This document shows, in pieces, positions 39,449-53,700 of a stretch of DNA of 64,000 nt. Where the stretch lies: assembly GCA_951406725.2 (NCBI GenBank), contig OX597828.1, forward strand, positions 9,610,001-9,674,000. Reading direction: 5' to 3'. Positions within the stretch are counted from its first letter, which is position 1; every line of letters begins with the position of its first letter. Origin of the DNA: Octopus vulgaris (Eukaryota). Both the position numbers and the translations under genes were made by a program. Below the pieces are notes generated by a model. That model did no database searches. It was not told the origin of the DNA and saw only the letters and a program-made list of their open reading frames with translations.

Positions 39449-39517
39449 GCCGATTCAGTGTTTACATTTTTTACGGAAATCGACGGAAACGTGTGCTACG
39501 ACAAGCGAAACATCGCC
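39107..39517. mobile_element. MITE family 2, ~50-bp TIRs (GGCGATGTTTCGCTTGTCGTAGCAC...), 8-bp TSD
   Basis: Arms at 39107-39156 and 39468-39517; CCTATATC duplicated at 39099-39106 and 39518-39525. Confidence 0.92.
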
Positions 39518-39525
39518 CCTATATC

Positions 39526-40005
39526 CAAGTAGCAGAAAGATCGCCCAAAACTGTATATAGATATTTAAATGTATTTATATATTCATCTATACACAGATGT
39601 ATGTATAATGTGTGTGTATATTTTTCCATACACGTAACCATTCACTCCGCACAAAGTTTTTTAGGACGAAAATATGATCTAAAGTTATCTCTAAGTAGCA
39701 CAGAGATCGCCCAAAAGTGTATATAGATATATAAATGTATTTATATATTCATCTATGCACACATGTATGTATAACGTGTGTGTATATATTTCCATAGAGG
39801 TAACCATTCACTCCATACAAAGTTTTTTAGCACGAAAATAAGATCTAAAGTTATCTCTAAGAAACAGAAAGATCGCCCAAAAGTGTATATAGATATTTAA
39901 ATGTATTTATATATTCATCTATACACACATGTATGTATAATGTGCGTGTATATATTTCCATAGAGGTAACCATTCAATCCATACAAAGTTTTTTAGGACG
40001 AAAAT
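39526..40005. repeat. 166-bp tandem repeat, about 3 units
   Basis: AAAGTTTTTTAG at 39653, 39819 and 39985; the first unit starts near 39074 and is split by the MITE. Confidence 0.9.
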
Positions 40006-40228
40006 ATTTATATATAAAAGAAAGGTTGTGTGTCTGTCTACTCCGATTTAGATTCCTAACTACTCCCACATTTTGCGATGCAGTTTAACCAATACCGGGT
40101 ATCTTATAGTCGTGATTCATATCGAGCCCTTCTGGGTATTAGCGCGCGTCTACGATGAGTCTATGATTTTACAAATAATTTACCATCATTTTTTTTCCAT
40201 TTTAATGCATATTTTTAAAAAATAAACG

Positions 40229-40748
40229 GAAGTAACTCTCAAACTTCACACCAATATGCGTGCTCATATGCGACTTAATATCACATCAGCAGCATTTCCT
40301 CACACCCTCCTTGCACTTGGCGAAGGCAAAATACCAGGGGATGAAAATGGTAATATTGCCATCGATTCCATTTGTACCATTGTTAAGACGCCTTCTGATC
40401 TCAGAGATGCAGTGTTCCCAGGTCTACAAGCTAATTATCAGAATATGGATTGGATTGGCAAAAAGGCTATACTGGCCCCGAGGAATAAAACTGTTCACCA
40501 TATTAATGATGAAATGCTAAAACTCATTCCTGGGGAAGTCTGTGTATATCAGTCTATCGATACAACTCCTGACCCAGAGGACGTCATCAACTATCCAATA
40601 GAGGTACTCAATTCCTTTGAGCACCCCGGACTACCACCACACTTTCTCAAACTTAAAGTTGGTGCCCCTATAATGCTCATCAGAAATTTGGTTCCCCCAA
40701 AACAATGCAATGGCACACGTTTGATCGTTAAGTCTTTATCTCCCACCG
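40229..40748 (+). pseudogene. Helitron RepHel PIF1-family helicase internal fragment
   Basis: LKLHTNMR...AILAPRNKTVHHIN...YPIEVLNSFEHPGLPPHFLKLKVGAPIMLIRNLVPPKQCNGTRLIV. Lacks the Walker A region and the final helicase motifs. Confidence 0.92.
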
Positions 40749-40852
40749 TAAGCTTATATCAATATTTGCCTGAATAATCATCATAATTCAGTGCAATCAT
40801 TAACAGTACTTTCAAGCAATTCAGCCCCGAGCAACGCCGGGCAATTCTGCTA

Positions 40853-40911
<59 letters not shown>

Positions 40912-41419
40912 CCGAAATTTGCTAGGATGATCCGGTTCCTGACTGAAGATTAGAGGCTTCGAATGACCCCGTCCGTTTTTTGTGTCGTCTCTTTGTGTAT
41001 TTTGCGTTATTGTCCCATTTTGTATTTTTATATATAATTTTTATACATATATATATATATATATATATATATGCAAATCTGGCCACAGGGCGTCATGAAA
41101 CGTGTACACTAAAAAAATACTTAGTAGGGATACATGGAATATGAACAATGTTTTCGAACAACAATAGGCACAAATGGAAAAGAAAACAATATATATACAA
41201 ACAACCAGTTGTTGGCTCGTATTTCTTGCATTTTGAACATTTAATATAAGCTTTCGATAAAACAATTCATCCCGCAAAGCAGATTTAATAAAATTTGGGA
41301 GTTTGTGGAGGGTCAAAATTGGTAACACAAAAAAGACAGTGAAAACGAACAGGAAGCCTAAACGTGGTTGTGGTGGCGAACGGGTAATTCAAGTTTGGAC
41401 AGAAGACAGACCTCCATAT

Positions 41420-41646
41420 GTCTCCCTGTATGTCTGTGCGTCTCTTTTTTACCCACACCACTGCTTAACAACCAGTGTTGCTATGTTTACCTCTCCGTAA
41501 CCTAGTGGGTCGGCAAAAGAGAATAGAAAAAGTACCAAGCTTTATAAAGAATAAGTACCAGGGTTGCTTCATTAAACTAAAACCCTTCAAGGCGGCGGTG
41601 CTCAAGCATATGCTGCCGTCTAATGACTGGAACAAGTAAAAGAATG
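41420..41646 (+). mobile_element. CORE-type SINE 3' half, diverged
   Basis: Homologous to 38262-38490. Confidence 0.75.
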
Positions 41647-41804
41647 AAGTAGTAATAGTGGTCTATAGATAAAAAAATGTTTGCGGACATTTGATAAGTC
41701 AGGCCTCCCTTCTATTTTTGTATCTATTTATATGGAGAACGAACACACACGCATTATATATAAATGCATGTGTGAGAGTGTGTGTTGTAAACGTGGAGAG
41801 ATAG

Positions 41805-41847
<43 letters not shown>

Positions 41848-41851
41848 CGCC

Positions 41852-42548
<697 letters not shown>

Positions 42549-42569
42549 ACATGCAAACATGTAGACGAA

Positions 42570-42749
42570 TGTCTGTTTTCTTCAATCATCAGGTAGCGCT
42601 CACCCAGGAGAACCGGCTGGAAGCATTTTATTCGACTCCCGTACTTATCCGGACCTTTTACCGAACCGCTAATGTACGGGAACATAACCCCATCAGCAAC
42701 GGTCGGCAAGTGGTGGTAGTGGACAAAGATTGGCACAAAGGATCACACA

Positions 42750-42790
<41 letters not shown>

Positions 42791-42970
42791 ACACACATAT
42801 ATATGTAGTACAGGCTTTTAGTTTCCGTCTACGAAATCTACTCACAATGTTTAGTCACCCCTAAGATATAGTTGAACACACTTGACAAAGGTGCCGCGCA
42901 GTGAGAGTGAATCCGGAACAATATGGCTGGGAAATAAACATCATTCCACTGAGCAATGCGTGCGCCAATA
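42570..42970 (-). mobile_element. CORE-type SINE, diverged
   Basis: Homologous to 3872-4284. Confidence 0.7.
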
Positions 42971-42984
42971 CCCCATTCATTCAT

Positions 42985-43029
<45 letters not shown>

Positions 43030-43169
43030 TGTATGTAAGTGTGTGTGTATATGTGTGTGCATGTGCTTATAAATATATACTCATTCATGCGCATATATAC
43101 TGTATGTCTTCTCGCCTGATGATTGAAGACGTTTGAAACAGACGTTATGAGATGAAAATCTAGTTTCAA

Positions 43170-44336
43170 TGTAATATATCAAAAATTACCCGCACTTTCG
43201 CCATTACATATCTTTATTATTGTCACACTGCCTTCTGCGCATGCGTGCTTACATTTGGTACTTTTGATTTCACGTGTTTGAAGTTTGTGCCTGATCGCGC
43301 TATTTTTTTTTTCTGGCTTTACAGTGTAAGCATGGCCGTTCCACCATCAATGTGCACCAAAGAAGAAGAATGAACATTGAACCGATACTTTGGTCGGAAG
43401 GTGTGTCAGATCCTGAAATTCATCGGAGGTTTTAGCACAATACGAGGTCGCCTGACAACTTCCACCACTGACGAGAAGATTTATTAAACTCGAGAGATGG
43501 TAATGGAGAACCGGCGAGCTATCATCGACGTGGTAGCTCGTTCTCTGCAGATTAGTCATGGTTCTGCCTATCAAATCATCCACAATGAGCTTGTGCTTCA
43601 TAAAATCTGTACAAGATGGTTGTCAAATGTTTTGAGGTTTGCCAACGTTTACCCGATCACGACGAATTTTTGAGCAGAATAGTCACAAGTGAGGAAACGT
43701 GGGTCCATCATTATGAGGCAGAATCCAAAAGTCAAAGCATGGAAAACATCGTGGTGCACCAGCAATGAAGAAATTCAAGACGCAGTCTTCCGCGGGAAAG
43801 GTGATGTTAACTCATTTTGGGGACTCAAAAAGCCTATACTGGAAGACTATCTGGAAAAGGGGAATACGATCAACAGTGCAAGATAAAGTGCTTTGCTGGC
43901 CAACATGCTGAAGACGGGAATTCGCACCAAACGTTGAGGCCTATTGTTCAAGGAAGGTTTATTGTTGCATGACAATGCATGGCCACACATAACCGCCAAG
44001 ACCGTTAAAACTATTACCCAATTGGGTTTTGAGGTGCTGAAATACACCACCTACAGCCCAGGTTTCGCCGTTTCCCTCTAGCATACCGCTACAGTATGGT
44101 TTAGGTGGTCGTCGATTTCCTACGGATGAAGATGTGAAGGAAGCGGTGCGTCAATGGTTTCACGACCAAGCGAAAGCCTTCATCTTGGAGGGAATACCCC
44201 GGCTTGTGAACCGCTGGACCAAGTGCATCGAAAAGGAAGGAAGCTATATAGAACAATGATGTACTTTTTTATCTCCTGCTTTTGTGTAAATACATTGAAA
44301 AAACAGGAGTGTGTATAATTTTTTCCCTACCTCGTA
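43170..44336 (+). mobile_element. mariner element with pseudogenised transposase (43332-44259)
   Basis: Peptides IVTSEETWVHHYE, SAGKVMLT, LLLHDNAWPH, YSPGFA and LVNRWTKCIEKEGSYIEQ*. The right TIR ends ...CCTCG|TA; the left TIR is partial. Confidence 0.9.
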
Positions 44337-44349
44337 TGTGTAAAAGGTG

Positions 44350-44560
44350 CGTGTTAACAAAATCCTTAGCACACCAAACAAAATACCTTGTGATATTTTA
44401 ATTGTCTTTATGGTCTGAGTTCAAATTCTGCTGAGGTCGACTTCGCCTTTCAGCATTTCGGTATCGGTATAAGGAGTACCAGTAGAGCACTAGGATTGAT
44501 ATAATCGATGTAACACCTACCCCGATATTGCTGGTCTTAGGACAAACTTTGAAACCAATA
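44350..44560 (+). mobile_element. Nin/Deu-type SINE, diverged
   Basis: GAGTTCAAATTCTGCTGAGGTCGAC...GAGTACCAG. Confidence 0.7.
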
Positions 44561-45665
44561 TAATATCTATGCTTGTCTGTTTGTGTGCGTTTATACATTT
44601 TTGTGTGTGCACGTGTATATGTGTGCGCGTGCTTAACGTTGTTCAGACTATTTTCCCACAATTAAACAACAATTGGGTATAATTAAACACATAATTACCA
44701 ATTCAATGTACCCCTTTATATCTACAGTAAATCCGTATTTTATAGCTGATTAACACTTTAAAGGGAGATGCTGAGGTTTGGGGACCAGGATAAATTTGGG
44801 GGCCTTTTTCTCAGACAGGTTTAGTTGCAATATTTTTGGAGAAGATAAAATTAAAATATATATACTTAAATAGCGGTTCATTGCTTCGATAAGATTTTTT
44901 TTAGATAATAGAACTTGGTTATGATATTCTCCTTGCCTATCACGCCATCTTTTGGTTGAAAATTCAAAGGATGCCGAACCAATTTAGAAACGTATTTACA
45001 AACTTAGATTAAACACTAAGTTTGTAGATCAAATATTTGAAAGGCAAATGCAAAAATTGTTTCTATGGCCCAATAATTTTGATGGCGATCAGAGTGCTTT
45101 TCACAAATTAGTTGCAAAAGCTATGCATGAGCCCATTTTCAGAATTATATATATTTTACTTCTAGGATAGCAAATACAATTATGCAGTGTATAAGACTCG
45201 ATAATGATGCCTTAAATAAATGCCACTACAGCTAATGTAATGCAAGATTACTGAACAATTATTTCTTCCTTCGTCGTTCATTGCGCTACGACTTAAAATA
45301 TGTATTCAAGTTTGTAGCTTTCTGGAATATGTAAACTGTCTATGTCAATTGATCTGGCAGCATTCATTATGCTGTGGAGGTCTGGTAGACCGGAACATAG
45401 GCATTGATGACACCAGTGTGTAAACAATGATGTAGTACAGTGTAGAATACTCGTGAATTTCTTGAAATTATCTCCCCATGTATTCGCTACTTACTAATAA
45501 CTGCCGCTAAGCTTTTTCCCTCCACTGAAAATGTACATTTCAAAGATATAATTATGCATGCAGCGTTCAATAAGTTATCCCAAATACTTTTTATACAAAT
45601 TCATGTAGTTGACAAAACTGAGTAATTTTCCTTACCTTATTTTATGATACACGTTAAGCTAGCAG

Positions 45666-45696
<31 letters not shown>

Positions 45697-45711
45697 CGTG
45701 CGCGTATGTGT

Positions 45712-45998
45712 GGAGTCGTAATGGCCCAGTGGTTAGATCAGCGGACTCGCGGTCGTAGGATCGCGGTTTCGATTCCCAGACCGGGCGTTGTGAGTGTTTA
45801 TTGAGCGAAAACACCGAAAGCTCCAGGAGGCTCCGACAGGGGGTGGTGGCGATCCCTGCTGTACTCTTTCGCCATAACTTTCTCTCACTCTTTCTTCTGT
45901 TGGCCTGCTCGCTTAGCCAGCGCGGTGGCGTCATTTGAAGGCTAAAACAATGCGAGACGCATTGTGACCAGCGATGTGCAGCAACATCTGACATCACG
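45712..45998 (+). mobile_element. tRNA-derived SINE family 3
   Basis: A box TGGCCCAGTGG and B box GGTTTCGATTCC; second copy at 58722-59021. Confidence 0.85.
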
Positions 45999-46000
45999 GA

Positions 46001-46031
<31 letters not shown>

Positions 46032-47944
46032 CTACCTAAAATTCTTTCTTTATTGATCGCACAGGCTCGTCCAGATAATGTTATACTGAAGGTGTCTACA
46101 AGTGAAATATTTTCATTGTTTTCCCGTTGACTGCAAATAAAAAACAGACTCTTGTAGACCTTGGTATTTAAACTAAATTTAGAAATCCTTAATTTCTTGA
46201 CACTATCTGTTTTCTTTTAGAATCTCTGCATTTGCTGCTAGGGTTTATATTCTTTCTTTAAGTAAGAATGAAAATTCAATTAATTAAGATTTTTATCATC
46301 CCGCTTCCGGTACATTACCCATAACTTATGAATACTTGATACATTATGTCTGAAAATAAAACATAGGATAACAAAGGCTGAGACGCCTTTGATGATCTCT
46401 TTGCCAGATAACAGCCGTCTTGCGTTAAACAATAACAACAATCATGAGTGTCACAAATTAACATTTCCCCCTTTCTTTGAAATACATATTTAATTCTCAT
46501 CAACACAAACTAATAACATAATAACTAAACAAGTAAGTCATTTCCGATTATAGTTTCAAATGATTGTTTCATTTCAATATTATTTCGGAAAGTGGAAACT
46601 CGACAACTTCCGATTAATTTCCCATACAATTCTAAGGATATCAGCCAACTAAACACAAATTCATTATAAACTGAATGTGCTATTGGGTAATTCTTTTGTG
46701 GATAGTACAAAATAGGCAGCAGGAATCCTATTTCTACTTACGTGAATTCAAACGCTTAATATTCAATAATTCATTCGTAGTAGTGGTGGTGGTGGTGGTG
46801 GCGTTAGTGATGGGGGTAGTAGTGGTGGTGGGGTTGCTGGAGTGTCATCCGTCAGTCTGAAGGAAGTACATTAATTTCTCTCTGTATAAATATAGAACAA
46901 ATGCTTCTCCTGTAACCACACCACATACCCTCAATCACGGGCAGCGGTAAACGTGTGCCCTTTCACTCCAAATGATGAAACTTGCGTTCAAAACATCTAT
47001 TCTTAATATAGATAAAACCTTATAGATAAAGCTTATCCTTTTCTCAGCTACGCTTTAAGCAATCCAGCCCAGCCACTAAACACTAAGTCTAAACGCTCCA
47101 TCTCAGAATGTAACCATATTGTAAGGAAAATACAAGGTTAGTGTCTTTCACGGTTGATCTAGTAAAGTAAAGCGAGAACAAAACAAGAATTGATACCATC
47201 GGTCAAAGACGACCTGTAAAGGACATTTATGCTTCTAAGAAACAACAAGTTTAAAATGTATGCAACTGAATATTCAACACATACATATAACATAGACATA
47301 TTTCATCAGACAGAATCAGTATTGGTATTAGTGTTAGACTGCGGCAAGACAGGGTATTCGCATTGCAAGTATAATCCAGAAAAAGTAGGAAGAGGCAAAG
47401 AGAGGGGAAAGAGAGAGAGAGAGAGAGAGAGCGGGAATGTGTGTGTGTGTGTGGTGTGTGTGCGTGGTGTGTGTGTGGTGTGTGTGTGTGTGTGGTGTGC
47501 GTGTGTGCCTGTCTGAGAGAAGAGGTGAGGGAGAACCTCAATGCAGGAATGGTGCCTATAAAAAGGCTATGTTCACGTCGGCGTATTCGTATGTGGAATT
47601 CAAAGGTGAAGATTTTCCGGGTTAACAAAATTGCTATAGATTCCGTAGATCAGTAAGTTGTTATAAAAGTAACAGAAGAAATTCAGCAACTGTTACTTAT
47701 TGGAGGAGTACTAAAAACTGCAGAGACGACAAGTCACTGTAATTCCAATCAGAATAAGTAAGATATTTGTTATTCATATCTAAATAAACCAGTTGCATTT
47801 TTAGATGCTACGTAAAGAGATACCTTATCCATCTAAGAAAAACACAATGTAGACTTTAGTCCTTATATGAGAGGTGAGTTAATGATAGAGGAAGATACAT
47901 CTATTTGTGGCTCAAAGATAAAAATTATAGGAGTTTTTTTCATA

Positions 47945-48392
47945 TTTGTTTCAAATTTTGGCATAAGTTCAGCAAGATTGGGAAATGGGGTAAGTCGATT
48001 ACACGAACACTAGAGCTCAACTGATAATGGTTTTATCGAGCCCTATAGGATGAAAGGCGAAGACGAACATAGCGGAATTTGAAGGCAGACTGTAAAGACG
48101 GACGAATTAAATGGAAGCATTTTCACCCAGCGTGCTGACGATCCAATCAGCTCACCAACTTAGGGTGTTTGTATATTGGTTTCAAATTTTGACACAAGTC
48201 CAGTAATTTCGGGGAAGGATGTAATTCAACTATATTGACCCCAGTGCTCAACTGATACTTATTTCATCGATTTTGAAAGGATGGATAGCAAAGTCAACCT
48301 CAGTGGAATTTGAACTCAGAAATTAAAGACGGAGGAAATGCCTCGAAGCATTTTACCCGGCATGCTAATGATTCTGCCAGTCGGCCGACTTA
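47945..48392 (-). mobile_element. two tandem Nin/Deu-type SINEs
   Basis: Two reverse-complement units, each bounded on the left by GTTTCAAATTTTG (near 47948 and 48179). Confidence 0.8.
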
Positions 48393-48879
48393 CTGGATTT
48401 GTCTATCAGAAGGTGTGTGAGAGAGGTGGAATACTAATTTGAAGAAATTTACGAAGTTGAATATATAAGAAAAAACAGTGAATACGTTTATTCGCTATTG
48501 GGAATGAAACATGTTTCTAAATTTATACGCGTAATTGAAAATGAATTCAGTAGATTCTGTTGAGCATGTTGTTCTTACAGCGAAGAACAAAATTCTTGAC
48601 TTAAAAGTGGATTCAAGAGCTGATGACTGAACACAATTCTCCATCTCTTCCTACTGGGATAAATCTGTTCTATTGGTAAATGTTCTCTGGCTCTTTTCTT
48701 TGGCGATTAGTGTGGTTATCGATCTTAAACTATAACTAGAAGATTTAATCTGCCATGTAGTTTAACACTGCTATATTTTTCTTCAACGTTAAGGAGGATT
48801 TTAGTCGTTCGGGCCAGGTGACCGATTTGAAGTTTCTTTCCTCCTTCAATTCACCCAAATTCAGCGGCCATGAATATAC

Positions 48880-48952
<73 letters not shown>

Positions 48953-49462
48953 AAACATTGGATCTGATCTTACTTTTGATCACATGGCAACAAAAGAAAT
49001 AAGAAGTTAAGCGTTGATTGATTTCATTTTCCTCGTAGCAATGGTACGTGCCCTTTTCAATATGTTCTATAGGCATGTTTTGGCATTGAAGTAAATGATT
49101 TATAAGGCTTACATCTCAAACAAGTGTCATGACGATTCAAAAGGCATCTCTACTAGAATGAATATTTTAAAAAACACAGTGTACATTATTGTATAATGCT
49201 GACATTTCATCTTCTTGTGAGCCAACAAGGCAGAGATATCACGTAGTCACTACTCTGTTATAAATCACATTCTACAATGAAACAGATTTTCCGTTAGGAT
49301 ACATTAGTTAAACAATATGGTACAGTCATATGTGTAATGGGAACATTTATTGAGGCTTATCTGGGAATAAACATCCACAGCATCGAAAGTGTGCCCTCAG
49401 TATGGGTTCTCTACGTTTAGATAATTAAATCAACCACTTATGCGACTTCAATTCACTGCGAG

Positions 49463-49589
<127 letters not shown>

Positions 49590-49899
49590 TAAGAGAACAT
49601 TGATAATAATTTTTGGGCAATACTGGAGTTCCTGTTTAGTTATTCCACGAAATGTTTTTTCCAGAACTTCAATATGTTCTTCCTCTCAATGATAATGCTG
49701 TCATATTGTTTCCTGTATTCCTTTTGTAAAACGTATTGCCTGTGTGTGTAAAACACGGAAGTTTTGTATTCCTTAAACTCAAATCTGAATACTTTTGATG
49801 TTCTTTGTTTCCTTGCTTTGTTTTGTTTTTCAGCACATCAAACTTTATAGACCGTTGTGGTTTAATTCTGATATTTACACTCAAGTTAGTGAAAGAGCA

Positions 49900-50415
49900 T
49901 TATTCTATAGCAAGAACACAAACAACCAAACACCAAAATCACAATGGATTTACTCCTATTGTTGCAAATGTATTGCATTGAAGCAACACCGAACCAGTAA
50001 CATCAGGATAACAAAACACTTGAGGTGTTTCACTGGCAGCTTTGATTAAATGGTGAGCATCAAAATATCTTTCAGAAAAGCTAAATAAGCCGCCTCACTT
50101 GAGATGTTCAGTTCACATAGAACCAAACTTGTCGTATAATTTACAACGCATTCAGCACTGAATATATAGAACACAAGGGCCGTCTCTATGATACTACAAA
50201 GGTAAAGTCAAAAGGTTTATCTAGAATACATCAATCCCCAAACTGGGAAGATGAACTACATCGCCATCGAGAATAAACTGTTGAACAAAAACGTCGCAGA
50301 ATTGATCAGAATGAACGATGTAGATCATACATTCTCCAACATCAGGAACGTATACCGCTGCCTTTGATGTCTAACCTAATCAAGGTCTGGTCTTCTCAGA
50401 CATCAGTGGTATCAT
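49900..50415 (+). mobile_element. decayed RTE-type LINE 3' region
   Basis: INPQ/NWEDE and a terminal YRCL*CLT*SRSGLLRH resembling the RTE C-terminal CxxC..SRxGLxxH motif. Confidence 0.4.
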
Positions 50416-50554
50416 CACTTCAAATAAGAAATGAAAATATGAATTATTCGGAAACAATAAAAAGCTGAAAGTGACGAGGTATTAAGACAGAAATGTAAGA
50501 GGGGAAAAAAGGAGCATAAAGTAGTGAAGGAAATTATATTTAGTAAGACGGAGA

Positions 50555-50588
50555 AAAAGAAGAAGGAGAAGAAGAAGAAGAAGAAGAA

Positions 50589-50620
<32 letters not shown>

Positions 50621-50701
50621 AGGAAGAAGTGGAAGAAGAAGGAGAAGAAGAGGAAGAAGAAGGAAGAAGTGGAAGAAGAAGGAGAAGAAGAAGAATACGG
50701 A

Positions 50702-50752
<51 letters not shown>

Positions 50753-50772
50753 GAAGAAGAAGAAGAAGAAGA
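50555..50772. repeat. (GAA)n/(AAT)n compound microsatellite
   Basis: Read directly. Confidence 0.95.
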
Positions 50773-53700
50773 GCAGCAACAACACGAACAAGAACTAGAA
50801 GAGAGTGGGATAGGGAGATATAGAGAAGGCGGAGATTGAGAGAGAGAGAAAGAAATCGTTTATGCACGCTTTTCATGCTAGAAATTGCCAGCGAATCTTT
50901 GCATGTCTGAAAATTGTGCAGAGGACAATGGGTAATCTATTTCAAACATAAAAAAATATACAGAAGTATCACAGATAGAAGATATTTAATCAGAAGCCAT
51001 TAAAGATGACCTGTGCTGAATAACGGCAATAAAATGTAAGGGAAGAAAACATTTGTGCAATGTCACTGAACTATGCCATACAATAAAACGTTAATCGAAT
51101 GTTTATTTCATAAAAGCTAAGCTGAAGGTAAACAAAACTTGAATAAACCTTATCTTGAAATGCAGGGCCATCAATGATATCAGACGTAAATAGTCGTTAC
51201 ACTTGATCCTTGTTCCTGTATTTTTATTGAAACAAATTAATTTTCTTCCTTCATCTGGTAACATAATGGTCGACTAAATATTTATATTCCAACAACATTT
51301 TAGAACATTCATTAGCTATTTGTAACTGCCTATGATATTTTGTTTCTCTGTGATTGAGTTGTACCAACGTAACTATTACAGTTAGCCGAGTCACAAAACA
51401 TCGTTTCTCGGGAGTGAGAAACTGTTCGGAATAATAATGAAATACTGTTATGAGTGACCATAGCGGATAAATCTAATTAGCGTATTTAACTCTGGTTAAT
51501 TATTTCAGATAATTGCTAATAGACAATATTAAGATGCTATATATTTCTTGAGTATCGGAATAGATTAGAAGAAGTAAACTACGAGCCATTAATTAAGCAA
51601 ACGAATAAGATATTATGCTCCAATATACCAGACCGATAAGGTATCTCGGTTAAATATGAGTTATATTACAATGATGGTATCAGTTCAGTAATGTCGATTT
51701 GGATGTTAAATATAGATTTACTTGAGAGTTGCATTTGGATCTGATAATATAGAGAATGCGTCACGGTATTTCATTTTCAAATGAAAAACACTGTGTCGGC
51801 AAATGATATAACACATTTAATTTAAAAAAAAGTTATTTCAGTGAATGTTAGCAGCCTTTAATGAAAGGAATATTAAAGATATAACTAAAATTCGCTGAGA
51901 AAATCAATATTTGATAAAGCTTGTTATTATGTAAATTATTTCGGCAATCCGGATGAAATCCCCAGAGACATTTCCATATTATCATGACCTCATCAACATA
52001 TTATATAATCTAACGTAATTGTTGAATCTGTGGTGGCAGAAATAACTTAGTAAATGTATAAAATTATACTCAGGCAAGTGTAGAAAAAAATTTTCAAAAA
52101 GTAATCTGGTGAGGACATTCACATTAATAATAAAATTTAAGATATTTGCAGGATGCATTTTAAGCTAACAAGAATTAATTGTATGATGAGCAAAAAAATA
52201 GTTTGAAGTGAAACGATATAAATGAAGGAAAGTGACTAATATTATAATATATATCTGGGAACGTACGGAAAACTCGGTGCATGTTATTCTACTCTGGGAT
52301 GCATTAGGTTCGTGTCAAAGAAAATTGATAATTCACACAACACTTCTGTGATGACTAATCGCATAACATAAAGGGATTCAGCTTTTCTCTGATAATATTG
52401 ATCATTAAATCATTATAACGATATTGGTTAAAATACTCCTAGTCTCATTTAATTAATTTATAAAATTAAAGGTTACCTAAATTAAAAATGTCAGACACAT
52501 TTTAAAATTTATTCATTGAAGAATTCTAAAATATTCAATTCTGTTTTGAGTGTCATCCATTCATAGCTGTCCTTTAGGAAATACTTTAAAATTCATTAAA
52601 AACTGTTAGTTTATAGTTGATAAATAAATTATACTCGTATTACAAATATTAATATGATCGTACACATCTCTTTACAAATTTATTGCCATCTTTCGTTCGC
52701 TGCGATGTTATGAATTTATGATTATAAGTCTGTTTTCATTTTAAGAGCAAGACCATAAATATAATTAGTTTCATATGGAATTTAATCAGAAGAAAAAAAC
52801 AAAATCAAACAAATAGACAAAACTAATAATAGCAGTTATTGCTATATGTCTAATGAAATGTTTTAGAATTTCACTGAGAAACGATAAGAAGAAAAATAAA
52901 AATAAACGTTTTTAACCGCAACAACTATTGAGTGCAGAATCATTTAATTAAAAATAATGAACAAAAAACCCACACTCTATCTATTACGTCTACTACCTGA
53001 ATATCATGCGGGAAATGTTTTATAATTAAGTAATTTATGTAAACATGATTATAAGCAATAATGAAATTATACATGCATCAGCCACTTACATTCTTATACA
53101 ACCAAAAAAGCACACACAAATACACACGTGAACAAAGAAACACACAGAAATACACCCGCACAGACAGGCAGACAGACACACATATGTGATTCTTTTCTAT
53201 TTACTTATATGTTTAATTCCCTCTCTCTATATATATGCATACATATAACATATACACTTAGATATGATAGAAAATTGTTCATCAAATACTTCGCGGTATA
53301 ATATTGCTGATATCGAAACTTCTTGAGTGTTAACCTACACAGCCAAACGACAAGCATGTATGAGAATATATTTTTAGAAATGTCTGTGAAATATCTCCGT
53401 GTCTCAGATATATGCAGAAGGGTGACAAAGCTCCAGTTCGAAAGTGTTCTTTGAAATGTAAGAAAGAAAAATATCAGCCTTAGCAATTTTAAAGAAATAA
53501 AACTTTTTACTTCCAGCGATGGGCTTGCGCTTTTACTCTGCAACGTGTCTATACGTAACTACATCTGTGTTTTCATGCGCAGAACCATCAAAGGAAATAG
53601 ACTCAGAGTATATAATTAGATGCCATATCTTAACAATGTTATTTATATATTTTTACTACATTGCTTATCATCTAATTTATATATCTAATTTAATGTTTCA

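Larger units (their letters stand above)
38604..40853 (+). mobile_element. composite Helitron-derived region
   Basis: TC-initiated TCTTATAAAATCTTATTATAAAA start after (AT)n and a second 5'-end-like motif near 40006. Contains a PIF1 fragment. The 3' hairpin CCCGAGCAACGCCGGG (40826-40841) is followed by CTAG|T at 40850-40853. The left boundary is uncertain. Confidence 0.65.

Noticed and set aside
39526-40005. CRISPR-like array
   Set aside because: The units are contiguous 166-bp repeats without unique spacers, in a eukaryotic context.
40256-40777. Host PIF1 helicase gene
   Set aside because: It is an intronless internal fragment bounded by Helitron ends and lacks the catalytic motifs.
41200-41255. 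Second copy of the permuted hammerhead in the related minus-strand repeat
   Set aside because: It is too decayed: GAAA reads AAAA and the CUGANGA box is truncated, so it neither supports nor refutes the model.
45712-45790. Functional tRNA gene
   Set aside because: There is no proper acceptor stem, and it continues into a SINE body shared with 58722-59021.
53412-53620. Two-exon mini ORF joined across a ~60-nt intron (MQKGDK...)
   Set aside because: Splice signals are modest and the product is unrecognisable, so chance is an adequate explanation.
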